A stretch of 64,000 nt of DNA from an uncultured archaeon (GTDB taxonomy: Archaea; Asgardarchaeota; Thorarchaeia; Thorarchaeales; Thorarchaeaceae). The stretch lies in assembly GCA_964458565.1 (NCBI GenBank), contig CAYWJO010000002.1, forward strand, positions 1 to 64,000, written 5' to 3'. Below, in pieces: positions 28,212 through 38,437 of the stretch. Under the pieces are notes generated by a model. That model was not told where the DNA came from. It searched no databases and saw nothing but the letters and a program-made list of their open reading frames with translations. Every line of letters starts with the position of its first letter. Positions within the stretch are counted from its first letter, which is position 1. A program made the position numbers and the translations under genes.

Positions 28212-30278
28212 ATGAGGAGGCAAGCTCGAACCTTTATCATGTCCCTAAGAAGACTCCAAAAACGGATTGCCCGTTTTTTCGTCAACTATGCCCTTTTCAT
28301 TGTCATCTTAATCATGGGAGTAATTATCTATTCTACAATCTTCAATATTGCTCTCGTTGACTACCTCAACACTGACGCGTGGAATAGTAGGGCAGCCTGG
28401 ATGGGGACTACATCCTTTGAGGTGTTTAATCAGACAGTAAATATTCAACTTGAAGGATATTCAGATTATTCATTCTACTATGTTCACTGGGGACACCATT
28501 TTTTCAATGGAACAATGCCATATGCACATGGCTTCGGTCAGTTTGAGATGGACGGAATTACAAATAACAATGGGGCATATATCTTCCCACCTCTTTATGC
28601 AGTGCTATACGCATTTGGAATAATGCTCAATCCTGTTAACAATTGGGCAATTGGAGTGCTTCTGTCCATTTTTGGATATATCACCGTTTTTCCAACATAT
28701 GGGATTATGTATGAATTCACAAAGAGCAGACGTGCGGCGGAAGTAGCGGCATTGACCTATATACTAAGCCCGTTTGTTCTTTATCATACTCTTGTCGTAT
28801 GGTTGAATACTGCTCCTGTTGTCTTCTTTTTCTTCTCAGGATTCTATATGCTGATTAGAGGGCACAGACATATCGGTACACTTTTGATAGTCACTGGTGC
28901 ATTGTTCAAACAAATAGTGTGGTTCCTTGGGATTGCATTAGTAGTGTTTCTCATTCTGAAATGGCGTGAAGAACGAGCTTTACCTGAAGAAGAAGAAGGT
29001 CCACCAGATATAGAACTCGAAAAATTAGATGATGAGCAAAAACCAAAACGAAGTATTCCTGAATGGTTACTTGACACACCTGAGATGATCTGGTATATTC
29101 TTAGTATTACGGTAATGTCTGCGTTTCTTGCTTTCGTACTTCTCTTCATTCAAATGGTGATTGGTTCCTTGGCTGGTATTGCAATAGGAATGCAAATTGT
29201 AATGATTAGCCTTAGCATTATCACCCTATTTGTTTCTATTTCTGTGTGGTATGCACGGAAGGCTGAGATGTCTTTGGATAAATTCAGGTCAGTCCTTATT
29301 CTCTCAGCATTTGCTGCATCTGCCACAATGATTGGTGCCGCAATTCTATTAGGCTTAATCGATATCATGTATGTTCTTCAAGGTACAGTTGCGAATGCCT
29401 TAATCTATTATCAAATCCTCCAAATTTTGTACTACCTATGGTGGCCAATGACCACTATCCTATTTGCTGTGTTTGTTATAAAACCAGAATGGATTCCGGA
29501 TTCTCTCAAAGCCCTCAAATTAGAGATAGATACTATTCCGTTCATCAAGAGTGTTGTCATTGTACTCATATTCGCAGGTGCCATTTGTGCACCCTTTCTA
29601 CTAGCTAATCCCAATACATTTTTCAGAAACATAGCATTGGCTGCTGGAGGGTTCTACCTTGAGGATTTTGTGAATCTTCCCAAATATAGTGCACCTATGA
29701 GGTTTCAAGTCCTTCCTATCGTTTTGGGTCAGCCTGATCTTGCAGCAATCCTGAATGATATCGTCTTTCGCGGGATCCTCCTTTGGCTAGGAGTTTTCAT
29801 AATTTGCGTGGTGATTCTCTTGACACCTAAGGAGAAAGAACACCGCATGTACTATATGAGGCGCATTCTGTTTCTCTGCCTCATACTTATGCTATGGGTT
29901 CATCTCATGGGACCACGTGGTGTTTTCAAATACTACTTTGTATTATTTGCACCATTCTTCTCAATCTTTTCATCTGCAAGAATGGCGGCTTCGAAAGAAG
30001 AAGTAGTCCCATTCTCAGCATCTATGTTGTATATGCCTATCCTGCTTACTGCAATGATAATAATTCCCAATCGAACTGTATACCTATTTGGTGTCATCAT
30101 TATAATGATTGCTTACCTTATCGCACCTCAGATAGGCACATTCTGGTATTACGTCAAAAGTCCGTTTAGAGTAATCAGGAAGAAGACAAGTCCAATTTTC
30201 CAACCTATTACGCAAAGATATGGGCGAATAAAGCAAAGAATAGAGTTACTGACGCAAGAGGAAGTAATGACTTCGTGA
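28212..30278 (+). CDS. GT-C-fold polytopic membrane glycosyltransferase (GT87/PIG-M-like)
   Basis: More than 12 TM segments; first extracytoplasmic loop EGYSDYSFYY...YIFPPLY; LSPF; FKQ. Confidence 0.7.
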   Translation: MRRQARTFIMSLRRLQKRIARFFVNYALFIVILIMGVIIYSTIFNIALVDYLNTDAWNSRAAWMGTTSFEVFNQTVNIQLEGYSDYSFYYVHWGHHFFNGTMPYAHGFGQFEMDGITNNNGAYIFPPLYAVLYAFGIMLNPVNNWAIGVLLSIFGYITVFPTYGIMYEFTKSRRAAEVAALTYILSPFVLYHTLVVWLNTAPVVFFFFSGFYMLIRGHRHIGTLLIVTGALFKQIVWFLGIALVVFLILKWREERALPEEEEGPPDIELEKLDDEQKPKRSIPEWLLDTPEMIWYILSITVMSAFLAFVLLFIQMVIGSLAGIAIGMQIVMISLSIITLFVSISVWYARKAEMSLDKFRSVLILSAFAASATMIGAAILLGLIDIMYVLQGTVANALIYYQILQILYYLWWPMTTILFAVFVIKPEWIPDSLKALKLEIDTIPFIKSVVIVLIFAGAICAPFLLANPNTFFRNIALAAGGFYLEDFVNLPKYSAPMRFQVLPIVLGQPDLAAILNDIVFRGILLWLGVFIICVVILLTPKEKEHRMYYMRRILFLCLILMLWVHLMGPRGVFKYYFVLFAPFFSIFSSARMAASKEEVVPFSASMLYMPILLTAMIIIPNRTVYLFGVIIIMIAYLIAPQIGTFWYYVKSPFRVIRKKTSPIFQPITQRYGRIKQRIELLTQEEVMTS

Positions 30279-30291
30279 AATAATCTGTCTG

Positions 30292-31752
30292 GTGAGAATT
30301 ATGGGGGTGATAACTTCGAATGAATCTCGCCTTAAAGCGATATGGTCTGAGTATCGTGTATTTATACTCCTTCTCATCATAGGTGCTGTTATTTGGATTC
30401 TAGTATTCAATGCAGCAGCTCTAAATCTTATTTCTGGCCCTCGTATACAACCACACAGAGCTGTTTGGGTTGGAAGGATAAGCTTCGATTTCTTTGGTTA
30501 TGATATTCAATTTCAGTTAGAAGGGTATATTGACTATGATTTCTATTATAATTCGTGGGGTGAACAATTTCTATCGGGTTATCTTCCTTACACCCCCGAA
30601 TTTGATCATATCATTATAGATGGGACTCCATATAACACTCCATACTTCTTTCCTCCCCTCTATGTCTACATGTGTGCACTTGGTCGGGCACTACCAATTC
30701 AACCATTTGGGATAGGTGCACTCATCTGCATATTTGGGTATCTCACTGCATTTCCAATCTACGGTATTGGTAAATATCTATCCAACAATCAAAGGGTTGG
30801 TGAGGCTGCGGCTGCTGTTTATCTCCTCAATCCCCTCGTCCTATATCATACGGTATTCGAGTGGTTCAATCCCGCTCCGTTTGTGTTCTTCACATTACTC
30901 TCCTTTTACTTTCTAATGCAGAACCGAAGATATGCTGGAGTCATTTCCATTGCAATTGCTTTCATGTTTAAACAGACTGCTCTCTTTCTTGCACTACCTG
31001 TGATTGCTGTTCTAGTCAAGCGACCTCCCAGAAAGCATGAAAATAATATTGACAATGATACAACTAACGCAGATAATGATGACGATAGCGTGGATATTGT
31101 AGGATTCGTTAAGCTCGCAATAGTGGCTCTAGTCACAGTTGGTCTAATTTCAATTCCATACATTTTTGACCCTATGAATTATCTACACTATATCTTCGTA
31201 AAGCCTGGTACCATAAGCCTTACTGATTTCAGTAACACCCCTCGATTGGGCACTCCTATGGTAATGGCTGTGTTATTTATCGTAGCAGGGTCTCCAACAT
31301 GGTTGATTGAGTCTATCAATTTCCTTCAATCCACATCTATTGCTCTAATTATTGGAATTTTGCCCCTTTTTGGATTGATGTTGCTGGAACGTAAATCGGA
31401 TAAGAATCTAGTATCATATTGGAGACGAATATTCTATTTTGCTTTTCTCTTAGTTTTATGGTTGCATATCTGGAGTCCACGCGGCATCTACAAATACTAT
31501 CTTGTGTTACTCATTCCCTTCCTTTCGATTCTAGCTTCCTCCCAAATTTGTAGCCGGGGCGAGGAGAAAATAAAGCTCTCATTCAGGATGTTGATTCTAC
31601 CAACTATACTGACATTGATGGTTCTTCTTCCGCTTCGAATATACTATCTCTTCTTCTTATCTTTGATATTTGTTGGATATCTATTCCAACATTATTTTGG
31701 TGCGACCTGTTCTCTTATCGGCGACAAAATCAGAACAATTAGGTCTGGCTAA
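30292..31752 (+). CDS. GT-C-fold membrane glycosyltransferase, tandem paralog
   Basis: EGYIDYDFYY...YFFPPLY; LLNP; FKQ; PRGIYKYY matches PRGVFKYY of the upstream gene. Confidence 0.7.
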   Translation: MRIMGVITSNESRLKAIWSEYRVFILLLIIGAVIWILVFNAAALNLISGPRIQPHRAVWVGRISFDFFGYDIQFQLEGYIDYDFYYNSWGEQFLSGYLPYTPEFDHIIIDGTPYNTPYFFPPLYVYMCALGRALPIQPFGIGALICIFGYLTAFPIYGIGKYLSNNQRVGEAAAAVYLLNPLVLYHTVFEWFNPAPFVFFTLLSFYFLMQNRRYAGVISIAIAFMFKQTALFLALPVIAVLVKRPPRKHENNIDNDTTNADNDDDSVDIVGFVKLAIVALVTVGLISIPYIFDPMNYLHYIFVKPGTISLTDFSNTPRLGTPMVMAVLFIVAGSPTWLIESINFLQSTSIALIIGILPLFGLMLLERKSDKNLVSYWRRIFYFAFLLVLWLHIWSPRGIYKYYLVLLIPFLSILASSQICSRGEEKIKLSFRMLILPTILTLMVLLPLRIYYLFFLSLIFVGYLFQHYFGATCSLIGDKIRTIRSG

Positions 31753-32921
31753 AAAAGTTCCTTCAGTTCTTCTTTCTTTGTTTCTAATTTGCTTTGCAGA
31801 CTTTTAATTCTAGATTCAAGCTTCTTGCTTTGTTCATCGTAGGCTTCCTTTGGCATAGCACCTGAAGAATGTCTTTGCCCAATATGATCCCTCAATTGTT
31901 CTACGGATTTGATCTCTTTCTCTAAGGCCTTGATGTCTGCTTCAAGGTCAGCCTCTATGTTCTCTTCTTCAGTCCAGAACTGCTTAGCAGGAATCATTAC
32001 TCCTAATTGGTCTTGAGTTTTTTCAGCGAAGTCCTGAAACTGATTCCGCAAACTCTCTATGTTCTTATCTACGTTCGATAACTTCTCATTTACCTTTGAG
32101 ATATCCTTCTGAAGGTCGAATACTGCATTTGTTAGCCGTCTTAGTGTAGTTTCCATTTCCTGAGATGAAACCCCCTCAAATCCGGTATCCTCTCTTCCAC
32201 CCTCATTTGGCTTTTGTAGGGATGTTTTTCCAGCACTTCTCGTATCTCCCGAAAGCCATCTGAAGGCATTGACAACAAACTTCTGATTTTCTTTGCTTGC
32301 CAATCCCCCTCCCTTCCTAAATATCTCATAACTCCCAATACACATTACTCTGCCTTTTCCAAACTCGGAAATTGCGATAATTGGCTGAGATGCTGGTTCT
32401 GATGTGGTTGATGTTGAAGCAATCACCTTAGCTTTCTGTGTTACCTTGAGAGTACACCCCGATGGATATAGCAGTTCTTTCAGACCTGTTGTGACAGCAT
32501 GCTTTTCCAGAGATCTGATTAGCACCATTGTTGGAATCCCTGAGTTACTCCTATCGTCCTTTACAGCAGTATTTTCGAACGTGACTCCAAAAATCTCTGT
32601 CAATTTACTCATATTATTCATCAATCCCCGGTCTCCACTGGAGAGAGAAAGAAACATGAGACCTCCCCCTTGCTTGACATACTTTGTGAGAGCTTCAATC
32701 TCAGGGCCACGAAGTTTGGAGCTATTTGGGCAGCCAAATACTACCACAGACGCCTCCGCGATCTTCTTGTCAAGAATCATGAATTCAGTATATGGTTCAA
32801 CATCATAGTCATTGTCACGGAGAAGTGTTCCTAACTCAGAGTAGGTAGAATCAAGTCTTCCACGTTCGTTTTGGGTCTGATCGAAATAGATTCTCTTTCT
32901 CCGTTCACTCAATTGAAACAC
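31749..32921 (-). CDS. IFT52-like GIFT (GldG/DUF4350) domain protein with C-terminal coiled coil
   Basis: IYFDQTQNE, EIEALTKYVKQGGGLM, LTEIFGVTFEN, YPSGCTL, GKGRVMCIGS and NQKFVVNAFRWL motifs; heptad C-terminus. Confidence 0.8.
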   Translation of the reverse strand: MFQLSERRKRIYFDQTQNERGRLDSTYSELGTLLRDNDYDVEPYTEFMILDKKIAEASVVVFGCPNSSKLRGPEIEALTKYVKQGGGLMFLSLSSGDRGLMNNMSKLTEIFGVTFENTAVKDDRSNSGIPTMVLIRSLEKHAVTTGLKELLYPSGCTLKVTQKAKVIASTSTTSEPASQPIIAISEFGKGRVMCIGSYEIFRKGGGLASKENQKFVVNAFRWLSGDTRSAGKTSLQKPNEGGREDTGFEGVSSQEMETTLRRLTNAVFDLQKDISKVNEKLSNVDKNIESLRNQFQDFAEKTQDQLGVMIPAKQFWTEEENIEADLEADIKALEKEIKSVEQLRDHIGQRHSSGAMPKEAYDEQSKKLESRIKSLQSKLETKKEELKELF

Positions 32922-33027
32922 CTGATTTGTTCTACACTGTGCTAGTGAACTCTACTAAAGAGATTTGTGTAAATTGTTCTCACGCTTTTGCGAACATTTT
33001 ATCACATTGAATATCCGTCAGTTATTC

Positions 33028-33456
33028 ATGTCAAATTCAGAAGACTGCATTTTCTGCAAGATAGTCCGTGGTGAAATTCCATCCACAAAAGTGTATGAGG
33101 ATGATATGGTTTTAGCTTTCATGGACATCTTTCCTGTTTCCAAGGGGCATTGCCTTATTATTCCTAAGAAGCACTACGAGAATATGTTGGATGTCGATTT
33201 GAAAATCATCGCTCATCTTTCAAAGAAATTAGCAGAGCTTACAAGGAAAGTAAACAACGCCTTCAATCCCGATGGAATTCTGAATGTTGTAGCTAATGGT
33301 TCTGGTGCTGGACAAGAAGTCCCTCATTTACACTTCCACATAATTCCTAGGACCAAAGGTAGTCAATTTGGCTTCAGATATCCTGATAATTATCGCGATT
33401 CGATGGCACCAATAGAGGAACTCGAGGAACAAGCAAAAAGAATTGTTGAATCCTAA
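33028..33456 (+). CDS. hit: HIT family (Hint) nucleotide hydrolase
   Basis: CIFCKIV; GQEVPHLHFHIIPR. Confidence 0.95.
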   Translation: MSNSEDCIFCKIVRGEIPSTKVYEDDMVLAFMDIFPVSKGHCLIIPKKHYENMLDVDLKIIAHLSKKLAELTRKVNNAFNPDGILNVVANGSGAGQEVPHLHFHIIPRTKGSQFGFRYPDNYRDSMAPIEELEEQAKRIVES

Positions 33457-33464
33457 GATTAGTC

Positions 33465-33899
33465 CTATAGTTGCATTAGATTCAATCCTGTAGATTCATC
33501 CTTGCCACGGAAGATTTGTGCTTCAACCTCAAAAAGGTGGAGTTCGATTGTTACAGATACTATACATCCTTCCATGAGATGCCCTCCGTAACATCTGCCA
33601 TTTTCATCTGCAACGACCATGTGTGCATGAACGACAATAGAGCCATCTCTTAAAGTTGAAATATTGCCTGCACAGGAAACGACCTCCAAATCCTGTTCTA
33701 ATGAGAAATCTTTGTACTGATTCTCTTCAACGCTGAAATATCCCAATTTTATTCTTGAAACTGCACCAATCAGTGTCAACTGACCGCTCTTCACATCATG
33801 CTTCTCAACAACTCTTTCAATGGTCTTCAGAATGTCTTCTCCTCTCTTCATTCGTGCAACAATGACTCTCTTCGAATTGGTCACAATCGTATCTACCAT
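33465..33899 (-). CDS. PPC/DUF296 domain protein
   Basis: RMKRGEDI, IGAV, EVVSCAGNI, HAH and GGHL motifs. Confidence 0.9.
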   Translation of the reverse strand: MVDTIVTNSKRVIVARMKRGEDILKTIERVVEKHDVKSGQLTLIGAVSRIKLGYFSVEENQYKDFSLEQDLEVVSCAGNISTLRDGSIVVHAHMVVADENGRCYGGHLMEGCIVSVTIELHLFEVEAQIFRGKDESTGLNLMQL

Positions 33900-34004
33900 A
33901 CCATAATGAAATAACATTGCAACTAATGAAACCAGCGATATGAGATAGAATGTTTTTGGGAAGTGCTTATCAAGGATAGATATCCACAGAACTAATGAAC
34001 TATC

Positions 34005-36812
34005 TTGGTCCGAGACGAAAAGAATATTGAAAATGAACAACCAAGTCTAGAGGACTTCATCGATTCATCAGATGATGCAGTTTCAGAAATTCACGAAATG
34101 GACGGTACTAAGGAATCACTACCTGAAACTGCAGTTTCAGATAATAAATCAAATAATGAAGAGCGCCCACCATCCAGAACCACTGTAGTATTCAAAGATG
34201 AAAATGATGACGACACAGCAGACATCGAGGAAGATGAACCAATAGTTCTCAGGGTTGGTACGCAAGAAACGCCAACTAATCTCTCACCTTCTTATCTTTT
34301 GTCAGTGGACTATGATGGAGCTAAAAATAGAGCTGTTGTAAGACTCTATAATCCTGAAACCAAACGTATCTATTTCTGGTATGATAACACAGATCACAAA
34401 CCATATTGCTATACTGACTTTCCATTGCAGAAAATTCAAGGAAACCCTCGTATTAGCAAGCATCAAGGGTTTGTCAGAGCTGAAACAGTTGATTTGTATG
34501 ATCTCTTGAGGGACAAACCAATACAGATGACGAAGGTTGTTGCTACAGATCCCCTCTCCATCGGTGGACGGCCTGGAGCAATAAGAGAGTATCTACTAGA
34601 GGGTGAAGTTAGCCACGCATGGGAGGCAAATATACGCTATCGGAATTGTTATTCCTATGATATGAATATCATCTCTGGATTTCTTTATGAGATTGTAGAC
34701 GGAAATCTGCGTGCGGTTGCACCAGATATTGACAAATCCGTCATAGATAGATTCACTGAGGCAATCGGTACAGATGAAGAATTACAGGAAGTCATTGACG
34801 AATATGCTCCAATGTTCTTCTCCGAAGTGCCAGATATTCGTAGAATCGCTGTTGATATCGAAGTGTACACACCAGTGATGAATAGGATTCCTGATGCTAA
34901 TACATCTCCATATCCTATCATTGCTATTGGCCTCTCAGATAATGAGCGATTCAACAAATGCTTCGTACTTCGTAGGAAGGGTTACTCCGAAGGAACGAAG
35001 GGCCCCAATTTTCCGGCAGAGCTTGATATCGTATATTTTGATTCTGAAGCAGACATGCTTGTTGAAGCATTTCGGATTATGGATGACTATCCTATTGTGC
35101 TAACATTTGTTGGTGATGCATTTGACCTGAACTATATGTATCATCGTGCTGAGCAATTGAAAATTGATATGAATCGATATTGTCCAATCAAGATGGGGCG
35201 AGATATTGCTCTTCTTGATCGTGGCATACATGTAGATCTCTATCGCTTTTTGAAAAATCCTTCAATCCGTCTTTATGCGTTGTCAGGAGCATATGAACAA
35301 TCCAATCTCGATTCGATTGCTAAGGGTCTCCTTGGCATCGGAAAATTAGAATTGAGTACTGATATCTCGAAATTATCATATATTGAACTCGGACACTATT
35401 GCTGGCTTGATGCGAATATTACCCTCAGGATAACAAGTTATGAGAACAATCTATTGCTCCGTCTCATAATATTGTTGATGCGGATATCACGTCTTTCAAT
35501 GGAAGATGTGACTCGCCTGGGTATATCCTCTTGGATACAATCACTATTTCGTCAGGTTCATAGAACTCGTCATGCAGTGATACCTCGACAAATTGACATC
35601 GAGAGTCTAAAGTCTATTGAGGCTCAGACTGAGGCGATGATAAAAGACAAACGATTCAAAGGTGCAATTGTAATCGAACCAGTAGCTGGTGTTCACTTCA
35701 ACACAACTGTGCTGGACTTTGCCAGTCTGTATCCAACGATTATGAAACAACACAATATCAGCTATGAAACTGTAGACTGCCCTCATGAAGAATGTCGTAT
35801 TGCTAATGACAATAAGGTCCCTGAAACTGATCATTGGATTTGTAAGAAGAGAACCGGAATGATCAGTCAGACTATTGGGTTCTTCAGGGATACACGTGTC
35901 CGTTGGTTCAAGTCTAAAAGTAAGGACAAGTCCATCCCAGAAGAAACCAGAGCTTGGTATTCAGTTGTAGAGAAAGCGCTCAAGGTTTTTGTAAATGCAT
36001 CATATGGAGTTACAGGAGCCGCTCATTTTGAGCTATTCTGTATGCCTGCAGCTGAAAGTGTTACTGCGTATGGTAGAAACGCAATAATCGAAACAAAGAA
36101 CAAAGCAGAATCTATGGGGATTCGAGTCCTCTATGGTGATACAGATTCAGTATTTCTTGATAACCCATCGACGGAACAACAGGAGGAGTTAGTTCGATGG
36201 TCCCGTGAAGCTTTGAGTATTGACCTTGAGGTCGAAAAGACATACAAATACGTGGCACTTTCAGGACGAAAGAAGAACTACATAGGTGTCTATCAATCTG
36301 GCTACGTTGAGGTCAAGGGTCTAAGCGGAAAGAAGAGAAACACACCAGACTTCGTCCAAGATGCATTTCAGGAGATGCTAACTGTTTTGAGTCGAGTTGA
36401 CAATATTGAAGGCTTTGAAACTGCAAAGGGGGCGATTCGCGAAGTGGTCAACAATGTATTGGATCGCCTTGAGGGAAAATCTACGCCATATACACCTGAA
36501 GATTTAGCATTCAGGGTTCAAATGACAAAGCCTATTGACAATTATGGATCGGCAAAACCTATGCACGTTCGTGCAGCGACCATGCTTCGTGACGCTGGAT
36601 ATGAGGTACCACCTGGTACAATTGTGGAATATATTAAGGTAAAGGGTCAAGATGATATCCTTCCTACACAGCTGGCAAAAGAAACAAGCTACTGGGTTGA
36701 TAAAGACAAGTACATTGACACTTTGAGATCTGTCTTTGAACAAGTGTTAGACTCCGTTGGAATCAATTTCGAAGAGCTCTTGGGCGTCACAACTCTAGAA
36801 CAGTTCTTCTGA
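34005..36812 (+). CDS. polB1: Family B DNA polymerase, PolB1 (Dpo1-like), with acidic N-terminal extension
   Basis: LLSVDYDG...YDNTDHKPY N-terminus; VDIEV exo I; DFASLYP; KVFVNASYG; YGDTDS; KKNY. Confidence 0.95.
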   Translation: MVRDEKNIENEQPSLEDFIDSSDDAVSEIHEMDGTKESLPETAVSDNKSNNEERPPSRTTVVFKDENDDDTADIEEDEPIVLRVGTQETPTNLSPSYLLSVDYDGAKNRAVVRLYNPETKRIYFWYDNTDHKPYCYTDFPLQKIQGNPRISKHQGFVRAETVDLYDLLRDKPIQMTKVVATDPLSIGGRPGAIREYLLEGEVSHAWEANIRYRNCYSYDMNIISGFLYEIVDGNLRAVAPDIDKSVIDRFTEAIGTDEELQEVIDEYAPMFFSEVPDIRRIAVDIEVYTPVMNRIPDANTSPYPIIAIGLSDNERFNKCFVLRRKGYSEGTKGPNFPAELDIVYFDSEADMLVEAFRIMDDYPIVLTFVGDAFDLNYMYHRAEQLKIDMNRYCPIKMGRDIALLDRGIHVDLYRFLKNPSIRLYALSGAYEQSNLDSIAKGLLGIGKLELSTDISKLSYIELGHYCWLDANITLRITSYENNLLLRLIILLMRISRLSMEDVTRLGISSWIQSLFRQVHRTRHAVIPRQIDIESLKSIEAQTEAMIKDKRFKGAIVIEPVAGVHFNTTVLDFASLYPTIMKQHNISYETVDCPHEECRIANDNKVPETDHWICKKRTGMISQTIGFFRDTRVRWFKSKSKDKSIPEETRAWYSVVEKALKVFVNASYGVTGAAHFELFCMPAAESVTAYGRNAIIETKNKAESMGIRVLYGDTDSVFLDNPSTEQQEELVRWSREALSIDLEVEKTYKYVALSGRKKNYIGVYQSGYVEVKGLSGKKRNTPDFVQDAFQEMLTVLSRVDNIEGFETAKGAIREVVNNVLDRLEGKSTPYTPEDLAFRVQMTKPIDNYGSAKPMHVRAATMLRDAGYEVPPGTIVEYIKVKGQDDILPTQLAKETSYWVDKDKYIDTLRSVFEQVLDSVGINFEELLGVTTLEQFF

Positions 36813-36860
36813 AATCTCTAATCGGAAACCTTTTTACCTTATTAATAACTATAGTTAACC

Positions 36861-37256
36861 ATGACCGATATTCATGACTTGATTAAAAAAGACAGTATTA
36901 TTTTCGAGTTCAATGTGAAAAATCTTGATCGTTCGAAGAAGTTCTATCAAGAGATATTTGGATTTGAAATGCTTTGGGACGGTGGAGATGAAGTTGGTTG
37001 GTGTCAACTCAAACTTCCAGTACCTGGAGCTACGCTTGGTTTGAATCTACTGCGTGAAGGTGAAGTCAAACCTGGTGCCGCATCCCTCTATTTTGATACT
37101 CCTGACATCGAAGCATTAGAAAAAGCCCTCAACAAAAAGGGTGTTGAAACAAAACCGATACAGGATATTCCCGATATGGTATCAATCCTCACTGCTATAG
37201 ATCCTGATGGTAACGAAATCGGAATTGTGGCACAGCCTCGCGTAAAATCTGATTAA
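36861..37256 (+). CDS. VOC/glyoxalase family protein
   Basis: VKNLDRSKKFYQEIFG; DPDGNEI. Confidence 0.9.
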   Translation: MTDIHDLIKKDSIIFEFNVKNLDRSKKFYQEIFGFEMLWDGGDEVGWCQLKLPVPGATLGLNLLREGEVKPGAASLYFDTPDIEALEKALNKKGVETKPIQDIPDMVSILTAIDPDGNEIGIVAQPRVKSD

Positions 37257-37401
37257 AACTCCAGCGCAGCTCAATCATTGACGCCTTTACACTGCTTCTA
37301 ACCTCATTTTCCACAAAGTAGTATGGCAAAGAAACTCTTATAGCACAGCGGCAACTTTACGCATTAGGACATCCTATTGGTACCACGAAGGGGTAAGACG
37401 A

Positions 37402-38436
37402 ATGCAACAGAACTTCAGAGAATTCTTTATGCAAAAGCTCCTCATCCTGTTGGGACCGAATGAGTTAGACATGTCAGCTAAGGATTTCATCTCAACCTAC
37501 GCGTCTTATATGACATCAATTGGCATAGTAGGAAAGGCTCCTACTGGTCAGGCATACTATCCCAGTCGTACGGCTCCAGTAGAGGAGGAATATATCCCCT
37601 TCTTCGAAGAGCTTGTTGAATTGACACATTCATTGGATATCCACACTGCTGTCAGTATGGACTTCTACACAGATGGATGGTTTGGTAAAGACCCCAAATA
37701 CCAGACAATGACTGATGTTGGAAAGATTATGCACCATCAGATTTGTCCAAATCGTGAGGAATTCTGGCAGTATGGAGCAGAGATTGTAAAGGAGCTTGGA
37801 TCATATCCAATTGATGAAATTCTGCTACTAGGTGCTGGGTTCATTCGAGACCATTTCTGTTTTTGTAATCGATGTAGAGCAGATTTCGCTCCCCTTGTTG
37901 ACCAGGAACCCAATCGATTGTCCTACAACTACATCATTGAGAATCCTGAATATCATGCAAAATGGCATGAATGGAGAAGTGACATCATCCATAGTGGATT
38001 ACGAGTACTTCAGGACGCAGCCATTGAGATTGATGAAAGTGTTGACAGAAAGGAGTCTTTGAAACTTACAGTTGAAGTACTAATTGATCCCGAGAGTGGA
38101 TTATCTGATGGTGCTATGGGTGAATATGGATATGACTATTCCAAGCTCGGCGGCATCACTGGTAATGTGATGGTCAACCTTTATCCGTGGAGTCCCTTGC
38201 TTCCCGCCAAAGGTAGTAAGGAGTATAATGATTTAGTTGAAAGCCTGTACTTCACAAATGAATTCACACGAAGAGGTGGTAATGCCTCTCTCTTTAGATG
38301 GGGTGTAACTGATATTGAACAACTCCGCGAGTTGAAGGAACTAGGAAAGGATACAGGCATAACACGAATTATGTCTACATTTGGTTATCCCAAAGATTAC
38401 TCGGTCAGACGTGAGAGTGCAATAGGCAGTTATTAG
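37402..38436 (+). CDS. Glycoside-hydrolase-like TIM-barrel protein (GHL), function unknown
   Basis: GQAYYPS, ICPN, YPIDEILL, FCFCNRCRADF and WHEWR motifs typical of GHL10/GH42-like proteins. Confidence 0.6.
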   Translation: MQQNFREFFMQKLLILLGPNELDMSAKDFISTYASYMTSIGIVGKAPTGQAYYPSRTAPVEEEYIPFFEELVELTHSLDIHTAVSMDFYTDGWFGKDPKYQTMTDVGKIMHHQICPNREEFWQYGAEIVKELGSYPIDEILLLGAGFIRDHFCFCNRCRADFAPLVDQEPNRLSYNYIIENPEYHAKWHEWRSDIIHSGLRVLQDAAIEIDESVDRKESLKLTVEVLIDPESGLSDGAMGEYGYDYSKLGGITGNVMVNLYPWSPLLPAKGSKEYNDLVESLYFTNEFTRRGGNASLFRWGVTDIEQLRELKELGKDTGITRIMSTFGYPKDYSVRRESAIGSY

Positions 38437-38437
38437 A

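Noticed and set aside
33900-34040. N-terminal extension of the PPC ORF overlapping polB1
   Set aside because: Homology begins at MVDTIVT (33899); the extension is probably non-coding promoter DNA
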